Assembly: GCA_051294905.1 (NCBI GenBank)
Contig: CM119371.1
Coordinates: forward strand, 19,904,001-19,968,000
Reading direction: 5' to 3'
Source: Botryllus schlosseri
Lineage: Eukaryota
Length of the DNA: 64,000 nt
Shown: positions 1 to 13,500 of the stretch, in pieces
Position numbering within the stretch: the stretch's first letter is position 1
Layout: each line of letters opens with the position of its first letter
Position numbers and translations under genes: made by a program
Notes under the pieces: model-generated
Told to the model about the DNA's origin: nothing
Seen by the model: only the letters and a program-made list of their open reading frames with translations
Database searches by the model: none

Positions 1-739
1 AAAAAATCAAGTTCATGTTGAACTTGGCATTGACTTTGAGCTACATACATAAGTTGATTACAATCGAGAATCGTTTTTCCGGGCACTGGTTATCAAGTTG
101 GGATACTTTGCCTCTGTAACTTGACTCCAAAATTCAAGTAAGTTTTCACTTTTAAATAATTGCTCGAGCTCGACATCTGACCGCATGTCTAGCAACTCAA
201 GTTGAAAATTAGTAGGGGCGGTGGTCACATTCTATGCAATAGAATTCGGAAATATTTTCATCATGTGCAAGAAAGCATTCATTCCGTCAATGCGGCGGTT
301 GAACCCATCAATAATGTTGCTGATAAGCCTGTTGCATGAATCAGATGATCCGTTAGTTTGATGGTCAGATACAGTTGGAAAATCTGTTGTAACACCACCT
401 GGACTTAAGTCTGGGAGTGAGCCGACTTAAATCTGAGAGCCGATACCAACGCATTTGAGTGTGAGTATTTTGGCGTGAGAACGAAATCGTTACTGAAGAG
501 AGATTAGTTACTCGACTGCAGAGGAATTGGTCTATAAATAGAAACTCCAGACTCCAAGCCAAGCAAGGGTAACTTTTGTACCATGAATTTAATTTTTTTG
601 TTATATATTGATTTTTTAATATTTTGCGTGATTTTCAAACGTCGATGGGAGCCGAAAGGGGGCTAGCTGGGAGCCGCATGCGTCTCTCAGAGCCACCATG
701 GGGAATCACTGGTCAAGATCGTCTCTACAAGCGTTATAA

Positions 740-1250
740 AATATTTAGGCGTGGTATTGAATTCGGAAATCAGGTATTCACAATTTCAAGCTGTCTACAG
801 GCGATGACGATGGTTTAGTTGGAGAGCAAGTCTATCAATGTGACTAGAATTACGTTAACGACTTAACAGTGTATAATTCCAAAGCAACAATCAGCATAAA
901 TACATCGAACCGAAATAATGAAATTGATACTAGCCAATAACACTAGTACTACTATCAATTTTTTTTTATTGGATTTGGTGTGTGAAACAAGGAACCTGCT
1001 ACTAAGTAGAGGTGAATTGACGCAAGAACCGCTCCTCGCAAGAACCCCGTAACACATTCCCGATTGAATATAAGTATTGTCCACAGTTCGTTAACGTAAC
1101 AATCAGTAGCTTCTGTACTACGCTGGTTTTGTTTTCCCAATAGACAAGACGATCTCAATATCATTGTAAGCTCTTGATCGTCTTATCATCGTGATTGTTC
1201 GGGCATTCCTTCTGAAATTGGTTTGGGGAAAAACTGCATCGACCATTTAC
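740..1250 (+). repeat. Old dispersed repeat, copy 1 (paralog at ~9810-10350)
   Basis: Colinear diverged similarity, e.g. ACAATCAGCATAAATACATCGAACCGAAATAAT vs ACAATCAGCGCAAATCACTCCAACCGAAATAAT and GGCATTCCTTCTGAAATTGGTTTGG vs GGCATTTCTTTCGAAATTGGTTGG. Confidence 0.6.
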
Positions 1251-1395
1251 TCCACTGGTTCTCAACCAGGGGTCCACGAAGCATACCAAAGGGTTCGCGA
1301 AGCCTCTAAATTTGCAAAATGATTGATAACCGTATTTTTATTTTATTTTCAAAATCGAGAAATTACAAGGTAATTACGTTTCATTACTGCTTTAT

Positions 1396-3284
1396 GGCTA
1401 ATTCCATTATAATTTAACAGGGGCTGTAATGCATACCCTCAGAATTGTCCAATATTTACAAATGTTATTCTTTTTGGAATTCCAAGTTTATTAAAAAAAA
1501 AAAAAAATTGAAAAATGTTCAGCGGTTCAAAAGATATTGCGATTTAAAATCCTCTCGTCACTAGGTGGCGCTACTTTCAAAAATCTTTGAAATCGATATT
1601 TTTCGCTCAAATGATGGTAGAGAACCAATCAAAATGTCCATTTAACCAATTCTGGGGCCAAGGAATTCAATAAAACCAACTGTTTCGCCCTAAACTCAAT
1701 GAAAAAAAAGTTACGGATGAAAAAAAAAATGGGGGGGACGGGCTTGAAAATGTCTGTAGGATACGGCCTACACAAAAAAAAATTCTTGTGAAATGTGCTT
1801 TTAAGGAGTATGGTTGACAAAAAGCTTGATTTTAAATTTCCCAATTATTCCACCGTGAAATATGCATTATATAAAAATTTCATGGTCCCAACCCATATCC
1901 CTGCTCACCGTAAATACTATGATCACCAGTCAGTTATATGAATAAATTTATTGAATTAGGTTTTCTAAATTTTTCAAGTAGAATCCGTGCAGAACCACCG
2001 CTTCAACAATAATAGAAGCAAGTAACAAAAGAAATATTTACAATTGATCTTGAAATGTGGCAAGTCGACGATCCAAAATGCATGCCAAACACGAAACAAG
2101 AAATATGTTCGGATTTTTGACTTTTGACAATGCTAAGAGACAAAATGCATTTTCTCGTTTGTTCCATGTCATGTAGGATTCGGACTACACAAAAAAAATA
2201 CAGCAAAATGCTATTACGACGACCAGTGGTGGATTGGCATAATTATGGAAATTAATACGGAGTCAAAAGATGCTCTTGTAAATTTCCTTCACATGTCTGA
2301 TACCACAGAAGAATTATTTGTATGGCCACCAAGAGAGGACAATTGCTGGGTCCCCTTTCAGCACATTCTTTGTGAGATCCAGCAACCTCAACTAAAGGAC
2401 TCTACAAACACTGCACGACGATCCGCCCTCAAATACACAATTTCTCCAGAAGATAAGGCAAAGATAAAAAAAGTATTTTCTCATTTCATGACACCTGGAA
2501 TGTGACATGGAACAAACGAGAAAATGCATTTTGTCTCTTAGCATTGTCAAAAGTCAAAAATCCGAACATATTTCTTGTTTCGTGTTTGGCATGCATTTTG
2601 GATCGTCGACTTGCCACATTTCAAGATCAATTGTAAATATTTCTTTTGTTACTTGCTTCTATTATTGTTGAAGCGGTGGTTCTGCACGGATTCTACTTGA
2701 AAAATTTCGAAAACCTAATCGAAGAAATTTATTCATATATCTGACTTGTGATAATAGTATTTACGGTGACCAGGGATATGGGTTGGGACCATGAAATTTT
2801 TATATAATGCATATTTCACGGTGGAATAATTGGGAAATTTAAAATCAAGCTTTTTATCAACCATACTCCTTTAAAGCACATTTCACAAGAATTTTTTTTG
2901 TGTAGGCCGTATCCTACAGACATTTTCAAGCCCGTCCCCCCCATTTTTTTTTTCATCCGTAACTTTTTTTTCATTGAGTTTAGGGCGAAACAGTTGGTTT
3001 TATTGAATTCCTTGGCCCCAGAATTGGTTAAATGGACATTTTAATTGGTTCTCTACCATCATTTAAGCGAAAAATATCGATTTCAAAGATTTTTGAAAGT
3101 AGCGCCACCTAGTGGCGAGAGGATTTTAAATCGCAATATCTTTTGAACCGCTGAATATTTTTCAATTTTTTTTTTTTTAATAAACTTGGAATTCAAAAAA
3201 GAACAACATATGTAAATATTGGACAATTCTGAGAGTATGCATTACAAATCTCAAAAAATTTGCTAAATTATAATGGAATTAGCC
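1396..3284. mobile_element. Non-autonomous DNA transposon with ~780 bp TIRs and 4 bp TSD (Sola-like)
   Basis: 1396-2171 is the reverse complement of 2503-3284 (GGCTAATTCCATTATAATTTA...TAAATTATAATGGAATTAGCC). TTAT lies directly on both flanks (1392-1395, 3285-3288). Long TIRs with a 4 bp TSD fit the Sola superfamily, but the superfamily call is tentative. Confidence 0.85.
2209..2505 (+). pseudogene. C-terminal transposase fragment in the spacer of the long-TIR element
   Basis: Open frame CYYDDQWWIGIIMEINTESKDALVNFLHM...FVWPPREDNCWVPFQHILC, a YDxxWWxG...FLH...FxWP...W pattern I associate with Sola2-type transposase C-termini. The TGA stop is the first 3 nt of the right TIR. Confidence 0.55.
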
Positions 3285-4799
3285 TTATGCAACTTCATGA
3301 GTCACATCAACAGAATAACCGACTGAGACGAAATATCATACTGCGCAAACTCATTCTATTTGACAAATAGCAAATAGCCTACTGTCGAAAAAATATTTCT
3401 GTTTTGATATGTTTTATTGGGGTCTGCAGAAAAAGAAAAGTAGGAGTAGTGAGGTCAATCAGCGTGACTTCAAATGTTTGCAAAAATCCATTTTTCCTGT
3501 GATATGCATAACCACTATTCTAGAACAACGTCGAGAAGAGCTGCTATAGACAGAAGTGACAAGGCTTGACGTTATATGTTCAATAAAAAATGTGTCTTAA
3601 TTTCGGCGGCCTATATGCTGCGAGTTGCGATCATATCTAAAGGGCTCGTCAGAAGCGTTGCTCGTTACAATATCATTCGTCTCCTAAAACCATCGTGGAA
3701 ATAACTTTTGTGCACTCGTTGATATCAAATCCAAGACGCGAATTTTCAAGATACGCCCACGCATTTCAAGAACGGCAGCTGCCGAATTCGCTTCCGTCGA
3801 CCTGTGCTTTGGAATGCTGGGGAATATTTTCTTGGCCAATTAACTCAACTGGAAAATGCTGGTCTTCACGCTACGCACGATTTTATTTGTATGGGCTTTG
3901 TAATTTTAATATAGGTACCATCAGAAATTGGGTTGAAAATGAACAGGGGCTACGAGAAATCTTATTGGAAGCACGAGGAGTATGATTTCTAAGGCTAAGA
4001 AACAATGCTAATACTATGGCTGAATAATGAATATATTTAGGTTGTTATTGGTCTGTTCCAATAATAATTGAGGGCAAAATCTCACGCTGATATAATTCGA
4101 CGTTGGCAATGACAGTGACATGTATAATTGTATATCATGGGTCGGTGTATATATGCCGCAAAGACATCAAGGACCAAAATAAACTACGTCTGATATCATA
4201 TCAATCTTCAGTGGATTTTAAAATATTCTGCATACAATTGCTGCTCGTCAAAGGTCCACTAGCTGCAATAATATAACGCGACAGTTTGACGATGTCATGA
4301 TGTATCCTTTCGCATGATGTCTATAACTCATTATTTAAACAAATTGTGCTCGGCACAAAAGCAATGATTTTTTCCGTGTCAAGCGTGAATGGTGCAATAG
4401 TAAATTGCACTTTCACGATGTTTGTGGAATGCCTGTCTGCAAGCTCTCGTCAAATAATGCCTACTTGGAAATTATACATTGAATATCCCTATTATTTGTG
4501 CTGCGGCCCGCGGCGTCATCAAAACTAGGAAATTGGCGCGCAAGCACATTTAAGTTTGAGACCTCTACTTTAGAACTTACCCACAAACATCTTTCACGAC
4601 CGTGACTCCTTCCGGGCAGTTGGTAGGACGGCAATGGCTTGTTTCCCAGCAAGGCGGGCATAACAGCGCGTTGATAGTGGATACTCCCATGGCCCCGAGC
4701 AGAAAAAACACCACTAAGTTATTCATGATTCTGTCGCTTGAATGTAGTCAAAATATCTGAATCGAAACTTCAAGGTTTACGGTCGTTTCATCCTCCAGT

Positions 4800-5765
4800 A
4801 ACTACTGAGGCAAGTTTTCGCAACATTTTGTAACTCTTTTACAGCTTCCTTGAGCTTCCGAAATACTCAGAATATGTGTAGTATAATGTTTCCGGCGGTT
4901 TGGAGGAATTTTATCTTGCAACTTTTTTTATTTTATCATGCGAGTCTTTAGCGTAACTTTCATCAAGTATGGCGCAGAATGTAAAAGAATAATTTAAAGT
5001 ACATGCTATAAAACAATTTCTAGTACGAATTCCTCAAATGAGTTGCTTAACAATGAGATATGTGATGGATTATCTACATTTCATTGTTATCTATGAGATA
5101 ACGCAATGGCAGCTTGCAAGCCAGATGTTCAATAACCGAGCGAAGCACAACATTACATGAATTATATGTAAAAAGAACGCTTGATAGATTCAATGTCGTT
5201 TCAATTTGAGGCGCTTTCCCATTTCACGCCCAAGCGATACCGCTTTAAGACCTTTTCAGGCTACTGAGATTTGCTGCGATGCCTTGTGTCAAGTTTGCGG
5301 ATCTGAGGGGTTTGGAGTAACATCTTTGACTTGTTTTATGGACTGTCGCTTCGCTGTACGACTTTTTGCGGAAAACATTTATTTATTGCGTTATTTTCTT
5401 GCTGCGTACCGGAAAAAAGTAATTTTCGGCGGTCTTGCCAGGCCATCCGTGAAATGGAGAAGTACCTAATTGGACAGCGCTGCACCCTGCATGAGCTGAC
5501 AACGAAATGCGACCATGCAGGTTTCAAACCTAAAGAACATTAAAGTGCATGCATGATCGATTGAATAACGAAGAAAGATACCAAACAAGTATAAATATCC
5601 TGCAAATCTTGAACAGTTGGGTTTTGCAACGGATCCCTTCGAGTGTCTCATACACGAAAAATTCAGGAAAATTGTAAATGAAACTTTTTTACTGCAATTT
5701 TTGTTAAAAGTAAGTGCAAGTTTCTCGCGATTTTAGCGCAACTAAAACTCACCCTAGTGATTAGG
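4800..5765 (+). mobile_element. MITE family rich in TTGCAACTTTT motifs, copy A
   Basis: Shares end blocks (ACAGCTTCC..AAATACTCAGAA; CGAGTGTCTCATAC..TGCAA) with 7041-7611 and with the reverse-oriented 52615-53200. Confidence 0.55.
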
Positions 5766-7040
5766 CCCACCTTTCATTTTGGCACGGGAAAGTGGTTAAT
5801 TGTCGTATAATCGAGTATGAATCACAGAATAGGCATTTCTATAATAATTGGGCGGAAATAGTAAACTGGTATTCTGTGTATTGGTTGGAAAAGACAAATT
5901 TGCACAGTAAGACTAAGGCATACGCCTCATGGGTGCATGGTAAGTATAATATTCGATATGAGCAGTAAACCTGTGTTGGTAACGGAGTTTGTATTTGTGA
6001 TCTCAGCAAATCCCAAGTGATCTATCCTTGCATGTCGTGATTTCAACTAAGCTTGATATAACCGAATTATTGTCGAAACGAATTTTAATATTCGAGATAA
6101 CTCATCCGAATATATTAGAAAATGGACAGTCTGATACGTTACGTCACTGAGCAATCTGCAGCACCCTTCTTGGCCACTAGACATGTGTGCAAACATCTTT
6201 GCAACGAAGATATGCATTAACAATTTAGCAGATTATTTAATGATGATCGCACAAGATACACAGAAACTTTTTAGCTAGACATTTACGCTATTTTGAAGGT
6301 CTAATTCGATATCCTAATTCTGGACAAAAGACCATGGGCAACTATTCAAAATCGTCCTGCCCGAACTATTTGTACAGAGCACTGACATTTATTTAGGCGT
6401 ATCTGAAAAGCAACCGACTATCGCTCTATGCGCAAATTTAGAAGTCAGCACATCAAAACTTGTAAAATGAACAGTGAAACGGATAAAAGGCTTCCATCCT
6501 CCGTTATTTGACATGAAGCTGCTCAACATAACATAAGTGACAAGTTGGGATGCTACAATTCTGATTATAGTATGTTACGTCTGGCCTACTCTCTGTTGAA
6601 GATATGATTGTCCTACGTTGCGTAGCATACATTAATAGTTGATTCATCTGCTCTGTCTAACTGAATTTGGTCGCAGTGAAGGTTGGATATCTCTATTACA
6701 TATACCCACATTGCCCACGCATAGATGAGACCTGCGATGATCGCGATGCGAAAATTCGCCAAGAGGTCCATGTAAAATGCGAAAACATTTTATATGGGAC
6801 TTCATGTCTCAATCGCCTGCATATACAATGTTTTTTCAGGTAAAATGCCGGATTGGTCCATCTAAAAATGCAAATTTCGACCAAATGGTCTGAGGTTTCT
6901 GTTGGCGTGATTTGAGGTAGCCCGCACGGACAGTTAGGGGCAAATATATCTTGAAATAACGCTCAACTGTCGCAAAGAACCGGCGACCGACTCTGGCTCC
7001 AGCGACCGGATCCGACATAATTGCAATATTCAAGTTCATA

Positions 7041-7611
7041 CTAATTACAAGAGCACGTTTTCGCAACTTTTGCATTATTTTTACAGCTTCCGGCAGCCTC
7101 CTAAATACTCAGAAGTTATGTAGCATGGTATTTTAGGCTGTTTCAAGGAATCTTATATTGCAACTTTTTGCAACTTGTCTCCATTTTTTTCATGCAACTT
7201 TTTGAAGCTTTTTTGATTTTTCGTGCAGTTTCTTGCAACTTTTTTCTATTTCTCCTGCAACTTTTGGAAACTTTTTTCGATTTTTCATGTAACCAACTTT
7301 TTACAGGAAATAATTGGCTTGATCGCTGTCGTTTAAATTTGAAGTCCTTTCTGATTTGACATACATTCAGGCGAGACCGCGGAAAAATATATTTTGTCTT
7401 GGTATATTTTTCAGGCTATTGATTTTGTTAAAGTCGGTAACGCTGAGTTTTGATACAGTGCCTTGCATACATGCAGATCGATTCGAGTATCTCATACCCT
7501 AATAATTTCAAGGAACCTGCCAATAAATGCGACTTTTTAGTGCAACTTTTGTGAAAAATAAGTGTAACTTTCCAAGCATTTGACTGCAACAAAATCTTGC
7601 CCAACTAATTA
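7041..7611 (+). mobile_element. MITE family rich in TTGCAACTTTT motifs, copy B
   Basis: Same end blocks as 4800-5765, with degenerate inverted termini TAATTAC.AGAGCAC / CTTGCCCAACTAATTA. Confidence 0.55.
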
Positions 7612-9809
7612 CTCTTCGTTGCCTCAAATGAGTGCTGTGTCACTACTCCATCTAGTAGCCCATATATATATACTATTGGAAGGGCGTAGTTTACTACATC
7701 AATCGGGTATTTTACTAGTACCTATACCCGTCCTAGATTTCTTAAGCCCATGAACTTACAATAGGGGAGTTTCGATGAAGTAATCAAACTAGGTCAAAGT
7801 TTTTTTTGTATTGTGTCAGCGTGTGTCGTTTATCAGGTGGCTTACCGATAATGTCTCGGAAAAGTACCGCGAAGCAATTTTGATTGGTAAGTTTTCTATT
7901 TCCCAAAGAACACGGAAAGCAGTATTCAATTCATAATATCTACTCGAAAGATGACGCATCGAGCCTCAAGAAACTGAGCTGACGATTCCAAGTGATATAC
8001 TGAAACGAAACTCACTAAGCGAGATTTAATATTTTTACGAAATATCGCAACGCTACGAAATCAATCGTACAAAGCGAATACCGTTTCCAGGTATTTCATT
8101 TGATACTGAATTCGAGCTGAATAATTCACCGCCAACGACACGATAATTTCGGCTGTAGGAGGTTTCGCATGTATATTTTGGCTGATACTCGCTTGACTCA
8201 GCGTTCATACGGTGACTTTAAAAGGAAGCCAAGAGAAAGACCACTCGAAAGGCACATACAGAGAAGGAGAACGGAAGTGTCAAAATGAAAGACTACCGCA
8301 ATTATCGGACAATGTGACTGGGCATTACTGCTACATACATTTAGTCTAGACTCTGCATTGTCGTTTCAACATCCCCCTACATCTCTTCCTTTCATAACAT
8401 TGTGTAATATGATCTGCAATCGTCATTCTGTGTACAGAGCAGATAAATTCAATATTGTATTACAGTGCCTTTCGACCTGTGAGATGGTACGCACTTGCAC
8501 GAATAAAAAAAATGTATTGCGGATGGTAACCGTGGGGCGAATGAGTGCTGATGAAGATGGAGATGTTGTCTACTATTTTCTGAAGTGCGATAAATCAAAT
8601 ATTTTTAATAGGATATAAGGTACTTATGTCAGTGCAAAGAATTTGTAAAAACCCTAATTTTGTGTCGCAATATATTCGGAGTGAATTAATATTGGCGAAC
8701 TATTATTATTGAGTAATCAAATGTGGGCATGCCTCGAAAGCCATGACCATCCAAGCACAAAAATCTCTAGTACAAAACCTCACAACCTAATATTTGACTT
8801 AAGTGCACTATAGTTGAAGTAATAACGAGAGAAGGTGTTGTCTTCTTAATTATACACATGATGACCTAATACAGGGAGCTTTGTAGCAAAAAGTTGCGTG
8901 TAACTGGTTTTAACTTGTGTGAAATATTCAGCAGAAACTACGTTTCACTGATAAACCAATACACTATTTGTTGGACATTTTTATTAAGAAAGTGTTAACT
9001 CTCTTCTTTTTATTTTTGTATGATAACTTTCGGGTGGTTTATGCATATGAAATTTTTGCAGTTGGTTTTTAAAAATGTTGAAAAGCACGGTTGTATTGTA
9101 GACATGCGTTGTAACTACAGCAAGACAGATAAGACAGAACTAACACCATCACCGACAAACCCAGACATAAATAAATATATATTTTATCTGAAGGCGTATT
9201 TCTGAACTTCAGAGCATAAATTTTAGCATCTTCACGGTCATTGCTTTGCTTGAAAATGAATCTACTATTGAATGCATCTGGACACCAGTGGGTTAAGTGA
9301 AATTTATAAATATCCCCAATCTAGCATTCGCAGAATATAGTTCTCTACCTCTGAATGTTGCGACGTCACGAAATTTGTCGATAATATTTTGCTTTTAAGC
9401 ACCGATACCGATATTTCTTTCCAAGTTTGATATCGACGGAATATAATCGGCAAACTTAATAATTGACTGGGTGCTAGTTTTGAATCTGAGTATAATGCGA
9501 GTATATGTTATTTTCTAGGTTAATGCAGGACAATTCTGGTTAAGTGAACTAAGCGAACTTTTCATGCTCAATACACGATTTCACCTTTTGATCAATAAAA
9601 TTCCCTACGAGACTCTCAAACCCAAACTCGAAGAATGATCAAATCTCGGACATTTTTGTTGCCCAATTCTGAACAGAATCGTGAAATTATTTTTTCTTCC
9701 GATTGAGCAATATTGAAAATGCGTCTGAATCATTCCGCGTCGACAATGTTACGTTCCCGGTAAAATACACGTCAGCAGTCAAGGTCGTCTATGCGGGCAC
9801 TATTTTGTA

Positions 9810-10350
9810 TTTTGGCGTGGTATTTAGTTCTGAATTGAGCTATTCATGATTTCACGCGGTCTAGAGCCGATATAGTCAGAAGTGCAATAAAATCTGTGTA
9901 GACGCAGTATATTTTAGATTCCAGTAGAAATCAAACTAATCAATGCCACTAGAAAGATACCAATGCAAATGACTCGACAGTTTCATTCTAGTACAACAAT
10001 CAGCGCAAATCACTCCAACCGAAATAATTTACTTTAATCCTCAGCCTATGACGCTAATAATATTACTGATCATTCACAGGAAATGATGTAGTGGATTAAT
10101 GACTGAACCATGCTAAATTGAGGTGAATGTAATTACCACGGATCAGCGCCTTGCAAAATTCCCACACCGCAATCCTCATCGAATATCACTAGCATTTTAT
10201 GTATACGCTTAAGTGGTAGTTTCAGTACGAGGCTGGTTGTATAAACAACGCGATCAAAATGTAATTATACCCTTGCTGATCGTGTTATCATCGCGCTGTA
10301 CCGGCATTTCTTTCGAAATTGGTTGGAGCAAAATCACTTTCGACAGTTCA
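9810..10350 (+). repeat. Old dispersed repeat, copy 2 (paralog at ~740-1250)
   Basis: Colinear diverged similarity to 740-1250. No conserved reading frame found on the minus strand. Confidence 0.6.
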
Positions 10351-11199
10351 CATTTCCATTCGGAAGTAATAGTGAGAAGGCGTAACGAGAGCGCGAATTT
10401 CAAATTCATTCAATAAATACAGAATACAGCACAGCAATCATTGGAGATAAGTTTGGTTCATTACCTGTTCAGCTAATAGAATGCTGTCGATACTTGGTGT
10501 TCAGAACTGTGAAGCACCGGCGAACTATCAGTTTGCTTTATCGGAAGATATTGTGGTACGAAAGTCTGATATCTTGCATGCGTTATGTAGATATGGTGGT
10601 CATACAACTTACTGGTTATGGTTAAGTAGCTCTCCGATGCCATGAATGTAACCGCCCGCATTTTATCTATTGGTATGTGGTTACTGGTTCATTTACTGTT
10701 CAACCCATTGATCTATTTTGTAACCCATAATTATTATTATTGATGAAGGTTTGTGTTGAAAACATGTTTCTTATTTATTTTTGCCCAAGCCATGACATCA
10801 TAGGGTAAATATAGTTCCTTTGACGAAATAGGCTTCCAACCTCTATCATATACGGACCGAAAATATCTTTTATCAGAACTACTCAGTCTTGCAGCATTTT
10901 TACGGTCGGCGGTCATCATCATCAGAACATTCATTCCGTACCAACGATCTATGTCGACGTACTGTGGATGTTGAACCGACTATTTCGCGGGTTTTAACCA
11001 TGCCTTATCGCATACGTCGGCTATATCGGGTTGTAATCGTCATCTGTAGGCTCATGCAACATGTTTTTGGAAAGTATTTACTAAATTATGACAGAATTAT
11101 ACAACATAAAAACACAACATGTTTTAGATGAAGTGTTTTAAACAACCATTTGTTTTGAATGCAACCCTAATTAAACTAGTCTAAAAATTTCGAAAAAAT

Positions 11200-11860
11200 G
11201 TACGCGTCAAATGTTTTAATGATTGAGTTATGCTAATTCAATGTTCCTGAATCTGATTCTGTGCTCAGAATTTCTCTATGACGTCAGATTTTTTCCGTTT
11301 TCATTTTTTTTCAGTTTTATAATTCAATCAAATTTCGGCTTTCGTTAGTGACATCACGGTTAGCATACAACAGCAACAGATCAAATATTGGTATTGAAAT
11401 CATCCATCATCAAATCTGGGTTGTTGTAGTACAGAATGATTGAGTTTTCGGTGCACTTTAATAAAGTGATTCTCTATTTTCGTTCGATCAGAAGCTCTCT
11501 TCAATCCCAAAAAATTACACTGGTCAACAAATTTGAAAACACTTTTGTCCCCAAAATTTTAATGATTTATAGAGGCTAATATTTGGTTACCGAATCCGAT
11601 TCTGTGCTCGAAATTTCTCTATCACGTCGTATTTTGTCCGTTTGTATTTTTCTCATTTTCATAAATTCAACAAATTTTGGTTTTCGTTACTGACAATACC
11701 GTGAGCGTACAACAGCAACTGATCAAATATTGTTATTGAAATCAACTATGATGATGAAACCTGGGTTGTTGTAGAACAGAGTAACTGAGTTTTCGGTGAA
11801 CTTGAATCCATTGGTTTACTATCTTCTTTCAATCAGGACCTCTTTTCGACCCATATAAAT
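11200..11860 (+). repeat. Two diverged tandem copies of a ~340 bp unit (probably MITE-derived)
   Basis: GAATCTGATTCTGTGCTCAGAATTTCTCTATGACGTC...CTGGGTTGTTGTAG at ~11250-11430 recurs at ~11590-11775. Confidence 0.7.
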
Positions 11861-12529
11861 TTGTATGTGGATGCAACTATTTTTAGTCGTTGGCAGTTAC
11901 CATCATTATACACCCCACTTTGTTTAAAGATTGTGATTATTAGCTTTGTACTTAATTTGGTACCTTGCGTTATCTATCTTTTTACATCCGTCCTGCAGAC
12001 TTAATCGGTCAATGCATTTGGTGACAGCATACTGCTCCTTCATAAAACGTAAAAGTTTGCAAACAATAAACATTGTATAGCTGGTATATTATGTAGAAGA
12101 GAATTGTTCACTCTGGTACATGACCCATATATGTGGCCCTTTAAGGTTTTTCTTAAACATTAAAAGAAACAGGATGTCTCCTTTTCCAAAGAGAAAGAGC
12201 TTATCATGTTAACTTAAAAGAATTTATCATATTTTATCTCTGTCTGTACTTATCACACTAATTCTTCTTCTAGAGCAGAGGTCAGAAACTCAAATGTGCT
12301 TGCGGGCCAATTTCCTGGTATTCGATGACGCCGCGGGCAGCAGCACTAATCATGCAAATGCATCTTGACATCGTGAAAGCTTATAATTTTGCGTTATAAT
12401 TTGCAGCTAGCGGACATTTGACGTGTCACAATTATAGGTAGTATATTTTAGAATTTAACAAAGATTGATCTGATATCAGAGCATTAGAGCAGCACAGCCT
12501 AATCCAGGGTTTCGGGCATACTCCTGATA

Positions 12530-13500
12530 ACTAGACTATTGATCATGTCATTACCAAAGTCAAATTCAAAAAGTAACCCAACCGTTAACATCGCTGGTCA
12601 GCCCGTTTCCAACACAGATAATGCCAAATATCTCGGGGTTTTATTGGATACGGACATGTCCTGGAAGAGCCATATTAAGTCCCCAGACACTAAATTATCA
12701 CAGCCTGTTCTACAGCCTTGGACGCGTCATGCCAGCGTGGGTTCTTCTGATACTCTTTAAATCCTTAATTCAATCGAAGTTACAATATGGCATCCTCTGT
12801 TGGGGAGCTGCCAGTAAAACTGCACTCGAGCCACTGCCAAAACTACAACATAAGGTACTCCGCGTCATAGCTAGGGCCCCACAGGGGCCTGGTTGTCCAT
12901 CCAACAAGTCGCTGCTAAGAAGATTCGGTTTCCTAAACATAGAAGATATGAGGAAACTAGAAATCGCAAAGATCAGTTTCACTGCGGTCGTTGCCCCGAA
13001 TATTTCAATGACTTTTATACCTCGGAATCAAAACGCACAAGTACAACAGACGCTCGTCTACGTCGTCCAAATATCATATGATCGACCGAAAAGATCATCG
13101 CTCGCTCAAATATTCCGGACCTGATGTGTGGACCAGTATCTCGCCGGACATCCGACAGTCGACGAGCATGTCCACAATCAAGTCGAAATACAAGCAATTA
13201 GGCATACTACTAAATGAATACTAGTCCATCTTCAAAATCACCGGAACACGACTGACCTATCGATCGCGCCTTCCATGACATGCTATCTCATTTTTGTAGC
13301 TTGCTTTTTCCTATACCATCTTCTTTACTTTTCATTCAGTGTGCACTGTGCATGCCTCCTCTTTACATCGCCTAGGCCAAGGTGGGTGTCTGATCAATAG
13401 ACTACTCCAAGTTGCTTCGACGCCTTCCTATCCTTTCATTGTATCGCATTTTGTCGTGTATTGAACAGATAAAATGCTAATAAAACAATGTTGATGATGA
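12530..13500 (+). mobile_element. 5'-truncated non-LTR retrotransposon (CR1/L2-group LINE), 3' end of ORF2 plus 3'UTR
   Basis: Frameshifted RT C-terminal motifs AKYLGVLLDTDMSWKSHI and LFKSLIQSKLQYGILCWG...LQHKVLRVI, followed by an AT-rich tail near 13470-13505. Confidence 0.85.

Larger units (their letters stand above)
1253..4007. mobile_element. Old hAT-type MITE interrupted by the long-TIR element
   Basis: Starts CACTGGTTCTCAACCAGGGGTCC and has a degenerate right end GGCTAAGAAACAATG. Sequence after 3288 resembles the related MITE starting at ~63709. No clean TSD. Confidence 0.45.
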
